DNA of 64,000 nucleotides, taken from the NCBI GenBank assembly GCA_964247055.1, contig OZ176054.1, forward strand, positions 1,488,001 through 1,552,000. Reading direction: 5' to 3'. The notes beneath the pieces were generated by a model. The model was not told the origin of the DNA, ran no database searches, and saw only the letters and a program-made list of their open reading frames with translations. This DNA is from Paragordius varius. Taxonomy: Eukaryota > Animalia > Nematomorpha. The position numbers were made by a program, and so were the translations under genes. Shown here in pieces: positions 52,850 to 64,000 of this stretch. Position 1 is the stretch's first letter; the number at the start of each line of letters is the position of its first letter.

Positions 52850-54077
52850 TCCATATGTTTATATAAAATAAATGCCGGCTTTATCTGTTTCCGGAAAACC
52901 GGTAGACCAATTCAATTCCAAATGTCAAAAAATTTAATCATTAATTAATGCCCGTTCAATAGCTTGGCCCTTTTTTTGAATTAGGCTCCCAGTTCGGACC
53001 CACCAAATCAGAGCACAAAAATCGTGTCTTTGAAACTTCCCGGAAAACGTTTAGGACCATTCTCAAATATGATTTTTTTTACTTTTTTTTTAATTTCCCG
53101 AACATGTCGGCTTACTTTTTTAATTTAGGCTCTCTTTTTACCCGCTCCCCCCGTAAAATGCCATTTTTTTCAGAAATAAATAATTTTTTGCCCAGGGTAT
53201 GAGACTGTTAAAATTCAATGAGGTTCCAGGTATTTCCTGTTAAAAGGCAAGAATTTTAGTCATTTGAATCAAGAAGCTATTAATCACACAAAACGAAACG
53301 TTTTTTTAATATTGGCTGCTGGATAAACGATAGCCGCTAAAACTGTGCCACTACATAGAAATTGCATTGTTTTGGAACTAATTTACAGAAAATTTATGAA
53401 GCCATATGAGCTCATTATAAGCTTGATATAGTCAAATTTAAAGCCTTTATGCCCTAAATTTACGCAATCATATAATTATTTAGTGTTGAGGTATTTTTTC
53501 AAATAACCCATGAGACGATGGTATCAAAGATGATTCCAAATATTTGCCATATAAAGGCAAAAAATTTTACTTAGCGCTTTTCCCATATAGGTCTATGGAT
53601 AGGGGTATGGTTTAAAACTGAGACGCCATACAAAAATGGCGTAGTTTTGGAGCTGATTTTCAAAAAACTTAAGAAGCCATACGAGTTCAGTTAAACATAT
53701 TTCTGGGGAATTTATATAATATCATTCTTCCTTTTAAACAGGGACCATAAATGATTTACTTTCTATATCCTTTGATCCCAGCTGCTTGAACACCGTTTCA
53801 AAATAAAACTTTTAATGATTTTGTAAAGTGAATATCTAAAAATAAATCCAAGGTAGTTGAATATTAACTTTATAAGGGACAGTTTAAATATGGCCAGTTT
53901 CGACTAAACAATATTTGAGTCTATGCGAAAACCCGTAAAAGAATAATTAAAAACATTCTTATTATTAAATATGTTTTTTATTATTTTTTTTATCTCCATT
54001 AACTCTATTTATTGCAAATTATTAAGAATAATTATCGGTGAGACTACGTCCCAACGAAGCGTGACAGAGCCAGCTAG
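52850..54077 (+). mobile_element. Helitron-like copy nested inside the split copy
   Basis: Same 5' block (ttccggaaaaccgg) and repeat units. Ends in a degenerate hairpin ctacgt..gcgtg followed by CTAG at 54074-54077. Confidence 0.7.
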
Positions 54078-54299
54078 GATCTAAATTTACTATGAATCAG
54101 AAAATGTTATAGAAATTTATAAAAAATGTAGATTTATTTTTGTCAATCTCTCAAAACCGAAATAATCCTGATTAATATTATCAACAAAATTTCTAGGTGA
54201 TTTTTCGAAGAAACTATTACTTTTCTTTTATATTTGTTGGGGTCGTTAAGAAGCTTGCAATCATAAATGGGGTCGGGAACTACAAAAGTTTAAGAAGCC

Positions 54300-55058
54300 C
54301 TGATTTAAGGTTTGCAGACGATACCACTCTTATAGCTGAAAGTGTAAATGATTTAGAATTGATCGAAGAGATTCGAAAAGAAATATTGAGTTATGGTCTT
54401 ATGCTTTAACCCTAACAAAACCAAAATATTATGTACTGGAGAAAAGCCTACAATTATTATAGAGGGAGTGGAAATAGAAATAGTTCAACAGTTAACGTTT
54501 TTCGGCGCAGTAATTTCAGAGGATGGGTCTTCAACTCCTGACATCAGAAAGAGAATAGGATTGGGTAAAGAAGCGATGACCAAACTAATAAAGATTTGGA
54601 AAAACAAAAGCGTAGGAGTTAAAACCAAAAAAGGATTACTCTACTGTTTCGTTCTCCCTGTCACCACATATGGATGTGAGAGCTGGACTCTCAGAAAAAG
54701 AGACAAAGAAAGGCTCATGGCTTTCAAAAGGAGCTGCTGGCGTAGGATGCTAGGATACACCTGGAAGGATAAAATTAAGAATGGAAATCTAACTACAGAA
54801 ATAAAGCCTAAAACAAACATCCTGGTAATAATTCTAAAAAGAAAGTTAACATATTTTGGTCATGTCATGCAATCGAATTCTCTAGAGAAAGATACAATGT
54901 TTGGGAAGGTAGAAGGACAAAGGAAACGAGGCTGACCACTGATGAGGTGGTTGGATATGATAAAAGAGGAGACTTAAATGACATTACGATCTCACTAGCG
55001 GTAAAAGATAGAAGAAAGTGGAAAGAAATATTTACTACTTAGAAATAACCAACCAACC
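54300..55058 (+). mobile_element. 5'-truncated non-LTR retrotransposon, RTE (BovB-like) clade, RT C-terminal part
   Basis: LRFADDTTLIAES, LNPNKTK (frameshift), YGCESWTL, YFGHVM, LEKDTMFGKVEGQRKRG..RWLDMI. Short (AACC)n tail at ~55047-55058. Confidence 0.88.
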
Positions 55059-56009
55059 TATGGATAGAAGTCTACAGGTTTAAAACTGAGATGCGGTACA
55101 AAAATGGCCTGGTTTCGGAGCTAATTTTCAAAAAACCCAAGAAGCCTTACGAGTTCATTTTTAAGCACATTTCTGTGGAATTCGTATATATTCTTTCCCT
55201 AAAAGGAACCACAAATGATTAACTTTTTATATCCCTTGATCACAGCCATGTGAACACAATTTAAAAAAATAAAGATTTTAACCATGATTTCCTAAAACAA
55301 AAATCTTAATATAAATCTAATGATAATTGATTAACTTTAATAAGAGACAGATGGTCGATTTCGTTATACATTATTTGAGTATATGCGAAAACCCGTAAAA
55401 GAATAATTAAAGACATTGTTTTTATTAAATATATTTATTATTTTTTTATTTCCATTACCTAGAAATAATTATCGGTGAGACTACGTCATAACGAAGCGTG
55501 GCAGGGCCATAATACATAAAATTAAAATATTTTGTTAATTAAATTGGTACTATTTTTTATTTATATATAAAAACACAATACACCGAAAAAATATCCTGAT
55601 AAAATATATACTCTTAAATAAATATATATTTTAATGATGCCTTTGGTTATGGCCCTTTAAATGATAAAGGTACGACTTTTGTGGTAACTGTTCTATATCA
55701 AAAATCAGCCAAATTTATGCACATTTTATTAAATTAAATTTTTTGGTGAAAGCTAAATATGTTTTACTCTAAGAAATTCATTATTATATTAAAATTATAT
55801 AAAAAAAATTATTAAAAAAATTAATTTCAGATGAGGGTCCAAAAAATTTTGGAGCGGTCTAAAATTGGCAAGACTTCTTAAAATATTCATAAATGCCGAG
55901 ATTGCACAATATATTTGGATTTATTTGAAATTTGAAAACATAAATTTTAAAAATGATAAATTTCGCTTAAAAATTAATTTTAAGTAAATTTTGGTAGTTT
56001 TATGGTGTA

Positions 56010-56574
56010 CCATTTGCACTTCAAGAGTGTCCTACACTTCAAGTTAGTCCTTGAACATTTCAAGTTCGTCCTTGAACATTTCAAGTTCGTCCTTGAACAC
56101 TTCAAGTTGGTCCTTAAAATTTTTTAATTTTAATTTAACCATAATTTTTGCATTTATTTTTTTTATTTTATTATTTTTTAACCTAATTTTCTTTATTTAT
56201 CATATATTTATCGATTTAAAAATAAAAGTTATTATTGATAAAACACTTTTTTGTTTAATTGAACAAAATTATTAAATTTTAATGTTTTTGAAAAATTTTA
56301 ATTAATATCCCAGAAAACTTACATATTTTTTTATTTCGTGTTAAAATCTTATAAAATCTTAAATAATTAATAAAGATATACGGTTTCTCAAATATTAAAA
56401 GTTGATATCGATTTAAAATTTATGTTATATAATAGAAAATAGGTTAAAAACAATAAAATAGATGAATTATTTTCGATTTGATTGATAAAAGTTAAAAACA
56501 AAAAAAAGAAGGACCAACGTGAAGTGTTCAAGGACCAACTTGAAGTGTTAAAGGACACTCTTGAAGTGCAATGA
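56010..56574. mobile_element. MITE family 1b (CCATTTGCACTTCAAGAGTGT ends, 21-bp cttgaacatttcaagttcgtc repeats)
   Basis: Inverted termini. A second copy at 60005-60650 lies in MYG1 intron 5 and shares the internal sequence. Confidence 0.85.
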
Positions 56575-57766
56575 TATATTTTGAAGTCAAAAAAAACAAA
56601 ATTATAATTTTTTTTTAAAAAGAATTTAATGATGCTGAACATTTCCATGTCATTTAAATTTAATGGCTTTTGGCTTTATATAAAGTAAATATCTAAAACG
56701 ATGCAAATTAAATTTAAAATGTGATTAGCATCATCAAATTGTATGAAAAAAGTATTTTTATATTTTAAAATGCTTTTGTACCGCTTCTATCATGCATTAA
56801 AATGATATGAAGTATGTTTTGAATATATTTTGCTATAAATAATTTTGAACAAATAATGTAATGCATTATTTCAAAAATGTTTTTCTGATGTTATAACTTA
56901 TTTGCTTTTGTATACAGTTTATCATATTTTAAAGCATATATCTTTCAACAAAATAAATTTATTTAACAAAATGCGTGTTTGCCATTTTCTGACGCAGGAT
57001 TTTGGGGTAGTTTTTAATCCAGGGCCATAAAATTTTAATATTTAAACAAATATTTGCGATTTTACGATATCAAGCAATTAGCACAAAAAGTGCAAGTAAT
57101 TTACCTATATCACTCATAAGCCTTAAAATGGAACAATGATCATGATACTTTTATTTATCATAATATACATATCTAATCAGGATGTATATAAAGCCGTTCC
57201 CTCATTTTGTGCGCAACGCTCAAGATACGAAACTACTTCAAAAATGAGATTGATGCGCTGTTGTAATAATAACCAGCCAAAAAAATGGGAAAACAAATGT
57301 TCAGAAACCTTGGTCACATGTAGAAATTATACAAAAAAGGGCAATATTTTCACAAACACAATAAATCAAATTAGAAATTTTATAAATCATATTTAAAACT
57401 ATTACCCATTTAGGCGGTCCTATTTTCGGGGCATATTCATAAGCTTATTGGGCTGTCAAAACATTTAATTCAAGTCATTTAAGATAATAGGTTTAATATA
57501 GTTGGATATAAATAAAATACTTTAGTACATAATATAATTTTCTAATTATCCAAATTAAATAAATCAGTAATAAGCATAGGACAGAAGGATCACGAGTTCT
57601 AATATAGTAAAACATCATGTCTGATATTTTATTAAAAAAGATAATATCTGTTTTATTTTTACGATAAGTATAGGACTAAACTCCATAACATTACTATGAA
57701 TGCCCATAATACTTTGATTCTAAATGAATAGATCATATGCGCTTTTTATTATTTGTTAGTCAAAGC

Positions 57767-60700
57767 ATGGTCTCCCCCTTAAAAAAAATTGGTACCCATG
57801 ATGGTAAGTTTCATTGTGATGAAGTCTTGGCATGTTGTATGTTAACGATTTTAAATGAATTTAAAAATCATGAAATAATAAGGTAATTTAATATATATTA
57901 ATTTTAGATCAAGGAAAATGGAAATTTTGGATACATGTCACATTGTTGTGGATGTTGGTGGTGTTTATAGTTATGAAAATAAACGATTTGACCATCATCA
58001 AAAGTAAAATAATTTTTGAAAATATAGAACATTTTCACTCACGATGGCTGATATAAATTATAAATTGAAAGAATATAATAACATACGATTGAGTAGCGCA
58101 GGTCTAATTTATGGACACTATGGCGAAGAAGTGATCTCAACTATTTTACCAACCTTATCTAATCCAGAATTGTTACAATATGTTTATCAAAATGTTTACG
58201 AAAATTTTGTGCGAGAAATTGATGCCATCGATAATGGGGTCGAAGTTTGTGATTGCAGCTTTAAAAAGTTTTTTCTTAATATACATACACGCATATTGAA
58301 AGAGTTGGAATAGGCATTTAACCGAATATAATAAAAAAATGATTCAAAATGGAAAATTTTTTTATTCTTAGTTTTGCTCAAAAAATTAGATTTTTGGCAT
58401 TTTTTAATAACTTCACTGCAAAACAATTTTAAAAGTTATAAGCATCTTATAATGTTAAAAACATGCGCGATTTCTTTGTGCCAATTTTTTTTCCAGACCT
58501 ATATTAGCTAACATAAAAAATATGTCTGTTTATAATTAAAATTTAATAAAATTTTATTTTTATTACATTTAATTCCCTGTTTGTTATATTATTTTCATAC
58601 CTTAAAAATACTTGTTCGAAAAAAGATACGAATTCAAATTAAGTTTTTTAATAACATGTGCCTCCACATAAATATTTTAAAAAAGATATTTTATTTCTAA
58701 TTTTTTTATCACGTAATATTTTGATAAATACTTTTTAATAATATATTATCAATTTTTATTATTATCGTACTTTGTAAATTATCTATAGAATAACCATTTA
58801 TATAGTTTTAGTGTTAAATAAGTTTTTATAGTTGGTTATAAAATTTGTCTTCTTTTCAGATATCTCATCAACACGAATGTTAGCGCTAGAGTAGGACGTC
58901 TAAATCCGCCCTGGAACAATGAAACCCTTGATCCAAATGTAATTATTTTTTTTATGAATGCGCTATAAGTGTCGCCTTAAATTAAAATAATCGGTCAAAA
59001 TATTTTCATTGAAGATGAAAATTATAAAAATTTATCGATTAACTCCTTTATTCAAAAAACATCTAGGTATTTTTACATTTTTGTGCAAAATCTTTTGTAA
59101 TAATTTTGCAACATAATCATAAATAAGAATTTGGCAAAGATTTTTGACAACTTTTTTAACCAATAGTTCTTAAATAAATCATTAAATGAATTAATATATA
59201 ACTTCTTTTACAGCATAAAACTAAATATTTTATAAATATATAATATTAATCTTTCAAAAATCATTGATGGAAAAAATTAAAAGTTTTTAAAAGGTACATT
59301 TTTCAGCACAGCCTTTCGATGCCATTTTACTATGTTCTAATGGGTATATAATTATGTGGATTTTCATACCACATAATAAAACTTTTTTTATTTTAATATC
59401 CGATTAATAATAGGTGAGATGTTGACTCTTAAATATGAAAAATATTTGCATTTTTGAAATTTATTCATTGGATGGTTTGAAAAGGCACATGACTTCATTT
59501 ATAAGTTGTAAGACTGTTTTTTTAACATCTTTTTATGCTTTAAAAATATAACGTTAAATTTGTATCTTTATATAGGTACAATTTACAAAAGCAATGAATC
59601 TTGTTAAACAAGAATTTATCGATTGTGTCAAACACTATGCCCAAGTTAAATGGCCTGCCATTGACATTTTAAAAAGAGCAATGTCATCTAGGTTACAAGT
59701 AATATTCATTTTAGTTAGTTTGGTTTTTTGCTTTAGTGCATATCTATCACATATAAATCGTAAGATAATATAAAACAGGAAATAAGTTGGAAACAAATAA
59801 ATATATTCATCTAGAATTTTAAGTGTAACATAATACCATAACGTCGCCTTGCTCAATTATTTGATTAAAAAATTTGTCCTTACAATGCAAAAATGTCTAA
59901 TTTTTAGCACAACACACGAAATTTTTTAAACGACTTTAATAATTGCTTGATGTTTGTTTATATGATTATTTTTATCTAGTAATTAAATGTTTCATTGATA
60001 TATACCATTTGCACTTTAAGAGTGTACTTCAACACTTCAAGTTGGTTCATCAACATTTCTAGTTGATCCTTGAACATATCATGTTGGTCTTTGAACACTT
60101 TTGGTCCTTGAGCACTTCAAGTTCATCCAAAATTTTTAAATTTTTATCTAACCATAATTTTTGGAAGTATTCTTTATTTTATTATTTTTAACCCTAATTT
60201 TCTTTATCTATTATATATTTATTCTTTAAAATAAATATTTTTATTCAAAAACCCTTTAAATGTTTTTAATCATAATTTTGAATAATAACCCGGAAAACTT
60301 ATATATTTTTTAATTACGTGTTAAAATCTTATAAATATCTAAAAAAAATTTAAGGAAATCAATAAAGATATACGGTTTCTCAATGATTAATAGTAGATAT
60401 TGATTTAAAATTTATTTTAAATATTATTAAATAGGTTAAAGATGATAAAATAGATGAATGATATATGATTTGATTGATATTAAAAACAAATCAAAAAAGT
60501 CTAAGCAACTTGAATTGTTCAAGGACTAACTTGAGGTGTTTAAGGACCAACTTGAGGTGTTCAAATACCAACTTAAAGTGTTCAAGGGTCAACATGATGT
60601 GTTCAAGAACAAACGTAATGTGTTCAAGGACACTCTTGAAGTGCAAATGGTATATATGGTCATCCTTATTTAAATATAGCATTTACATAACAAATCCACC

Positions 60701-62002
60701 TTTGAACAATATGAATTCATCCCCGAACAATTCAAATTCACCCTAAAAATATGTTTTGTGCTTTCGGGCCAATATAACTTATCATTAAAATAATTTATTT
60801 TTTATGGCATAGTCTATTATTTTTTCAGTATTATGTAAATTTAAACGAAATTTTATTTTAAATATAGGACCGTAATTTTATTTTAGGGTAGATGAATTTT
60901 TCGAGAGTTAATTTAAATTGTTCAATGCTCAATTTAAGTTATAAATGGTATATAAGGAAACGAAATGGTTTAAAAATACGTGATTCAAAATATAGGCTTA
61001 TAAATTACTCTACTTTGAAATAAGCTATCTTTTTAATTAAAATTATGTTAAAATATATTTTTTGTTGCAAGTAATATACCTCATGTGTTCATATTTTAAC
61101 ATAACATTAGCAAAATATTATATATCATCTTTATTAAATGTACACATTGTCCATAAATCAACCTGCACAAAACTAATTTAAAAAAAATATTATGATTGGC
61201 TTATTGCGATATTTTTCACATTCAGTTAAAAAAGCCGGTTAATAGATCAGGGCGCTTAAGAATGTTGTTAATTTTAGTTGATTAATTTTGTTTTATTTAA
61301 ATATTGCATGGTTTATTTTTTTAGTGGGATCCCAGTGGTCAAGTATTATTGTTGGATCAAATGATACCTTGGCAAGATTCGATTTATGAAGTTGAGAAAA
61401 GTATGGGACTTACATCCAAACACAATACAATCAAATTCGTCGTTTATTGCATAATCCCTTATTCGCCACAAAAAAGAGTTTTTTCCAACGATTGGCGCAT
61501 TCAATGTGTTCCGGTAGAAAAGGGCTCTTTCACAAATAGGTTAATATGAATATTTTTACATTCTAAAGTTCTATTTTTTGCCTAAAATTTATTTAACATT
61601 TATTGATTATTATTAAAATATAATTTTCTTTGATCAATCTTAAGCATTCATAACGATGAATTTTTAATTAAAATTTATTATCACTAATTGGAGGTTTATT
61701 GATATTTAACTTATTCAAATTTAGGTCAAAAATAGAAATAGATTAAATATTTTGTAAACGCTTATTTTTTTTCTAAAAAAGTTTATTTAACCGATAAGTG
61801 TTAATTTTAGTATTAAAAATTTATGAATTTTAGAATATCCTTACCAAAAGCTTGGTGTGGTTTGCGCGATTCAGAGCTGTCAACTGTTAGTGGGATTCCC
61901 GAATGCACATTCGTTCACATTAATGGTTTCATAGGAGGAAATAAATCACAAAAGGGTGTTTTGGAAATGGCTAAAAAAGCCATTCTTCAAGCATCAGATT
62001 AA
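57767..62002 (+). CDS. MYG1: MYG1 exonuclease (DHH-like/UPF0160 family), 7 exons, ~345 aa
   Basis: Exons 57767-57882,57908-58003,58028-58267,58860-58938,59576-59698,61325-61539,61834-62002 (1038 nt). Motifs in order: [95 protein letters not shown] further upstream exon cannot be excluded (acceptor-like AG at 57759). Confidence 0.96.
60005..60650. mobile_element. MITE family 1b copy in MYG1 intron
   Basis: TA|CCATTTGCAC ... GTGCAAATGG|TA, with 21-bp subterminal repeats. Confidence 0.88.
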
Positions 62003-62339
62003 TATCTACAACAATCTAAATTGGTAAAAGGATATTTAATTTTATACATTTACGCTATTATGCCAACGCATATTGCTCAATCATTCTTATTGTAAAAATG
62101 CACAATTTTATACCTTATATCATTGAAATAAAATATTACATATCTCTGAATTTTTAATTTCAATCATTAATTATACTTTATATTTACTTTTAAAAGTAGA
62201 AGTCCCAAATTATAGGTATTATCTAAAATATATAAATTTTAATTTTATCATAATATTTTTTCCAAATATAATCACGCAACGATGTATATTAGTGCTTTTT
62301 TTAGAACATAAGTGAAACGCTTCTTCCTTTAACACTTCG

Positions 62340-64000
62340 ATTCAAAATGAGGTATCAAAATACCCCAGACTAAATTTAAATTAAAAATTTTAAAAAAATA
62401 CTGAAGGAAACGGTCCCAATTTAAATTTATGCTTCTATCCTGATAAATATTATATAAATATGCCAAAATATCTTGATAAAATTTTGTAAAAAAAAGTTCC
62501 ATCTCAAACTACTTCGACGCCTTAAAATTTTCTTGCAAAAAATCGTTTTCATTTAATTTTAAGGGTAAAACTAAAGCTAATTTTTTATATAAATTACATC
62601 TAACATTGATAGAAATAGATAAAGCGGTTTATTTTGTATTATTTTTTAATTTTAAAATTTAACATGTCACGTTGACGAAATTTTTACCTTTCGGTTTTAG
62701 CTCAAAATAATTTATATCAAGTATTTTTGAATATTTTTTAGATATTTCGGTTTATTAATGTTATATAAGTGCAAAATTTTGCCATGGTTTCGATTCCTTC
62801 CACACTTTTTAAAGTATTTGATTTTAAACAGGCCTGGGGTATCCAACTACCCCAATTTGAATCGAAGGACTAATAGTGTGGTGTATCCAAGTGTGTTAAA
62901 TACGGTTTTTTTAAAAAAAACATGTGCATCAAATATTTGAATTATGAATTTGTTTAGCCAATGATAAGTCAAAGTTATCGGAATATTAAAGTTTAAATCA
63001 AATTATATACATATCCCCCCATACATGTTTTTTTTATTAAAAAACAAGTGTTCTAAAAAATTCTGTTAAAGGTATTATTACCATTTATTCTATACATTTT
63101 AGAGTGTTTTCTATTTTGTTTCTGTTATGGGATGTTATAAAAAACAATCCCTTTCGTTATGTTTAGTATATCATTGCTTGACATTTCTTGAAGCTTTCAA
63201 ACGTATATCATTTAAAATGACTAATCGCTTTTTATCAAAGTATATCATTATATTTTAAACAAAATAAATGGTTTATTTATAGAGAGTTCTAACCTCCAAA
63301 AATTATATATATATATATACTTCCCTATATACTTAAAATAAGCAACAATATTAATAGTTGCAGGGTTTTGATTAGGATACCGCTTTACAAAGTAATTGGG
63401 TGGTTTTTTTTGCTTTAAGGTAAAAAAATGTCAATGACTTATTAATTACATATTAATTAATCGGAGTTCGCGAAGGTTTATCGACACTGTATATTTAATG
63501 ATGCAGAATATTTCTCTTTCAGAATTTTTATTCCCCCATCCTCAAATTTTTGTTATATATAATTTTTTTACCGAAATTCAGATCCGAGACATACATACAA
63601 AAAATGCGCAAAATTACGCCTATAATTTTATTAATTATATTATTTTTCGTTTTAACACTTGGATACAACACATTCATTTCAGTCCTTGATTTGAATTGGG
63701 GTAGTTGGATACCCCAAATTTACTTTATAAGTTATGGAAGGAAATGAAGATATGTCAAAATTTTGCACTTATATAGCATTAATAAATCGAAATATATAAA
63801 AAAATTGATTCATACTTTATATTACTTATTTTAATATAATACAAAATAAACCATTTTTTCTATATTACGCAAATTTTGTAAAAATTTGTTATATAATTTT
63901 TATTAGGATAAAAGCATATAAATTGGGACTATTTACTTCAGTAGTTTTTTGAAAATATAAATATAAATTTAGTCTGGGGTATTTAGATATCCCAATTTAA
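62340..64000. mobile_element. Long-inverted-repeat (foldback-like) element running off the window
   Basis: 62340-62910 is an imperfect inverted copy of 63650-64000 (e.g. ggggtatccaactaccccaa / ttggggtagttggatacccc). Single arms also occur at ~7630-8170 and ~22680-23170. Confidence 0.78.

Larger units (their letters stand above)
51373..55510 (+). mobile_element. Helitron-like copy split in two (51373-~52668 and ~55057-55510)
   Basis: 5' end A|TCTATATAC. Homology stops at ~52668 and resumes at the corresponding position at ~55057. The 3' block matches 53690-54070. Confidence 0.7.

Noticed and set aside
56051-56648. Repetitive ORFs (LNISSSS..., LNTSSWS...) here and at 60474-60746
   Set aside because: They are translations of the 21-bp subterminal repeats of MITE family 1b.
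57136-57396. 86-aa ORF as an N-terminal extension of MYG1
   Set aside because: No clear in-frame donor or similarity; MYG1 is already complete from ATG 57767.

Overview
Very AT-rich eukaryotic (probably invertebrate animal) genomic DNA with no prokaryotic features. The six-frame ORF track misses nearly all the real genes. Reading splice signals by hand gives: (1) an ~82-exon micro-exon gene on + (14112-37944, ~1377 aa). It has a signal peptide, three tandem 15-exon cassettes (possibly degenerate VWA-like folds), a Gly/Ala hydrophobic segment and a long Ser/Pro/Gln-rich tail; 74 of its 80 internal exons are symmetric phase-1. (2) A second small phase-1 micro-exon cluster (40711-41897). (3) An orphan coiled-coil ORF (42098-42616). 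(4) A complete 7-exon MYG1 gene (57767-62002) containing obligatory 25-nt and 24-nt introns. The rest is transposon-dense: four hAT elements with 8-bp TSDs, non-autonomous Helitron-like elements with ~300-bp internal repeats, an RTE-type LINE fragment, and several MITE/foldback families, often nested. Exon models are manual, without RNA data or database searches, so single boundaries may be off by a few nt. Family and domain names come from remembered motifs.
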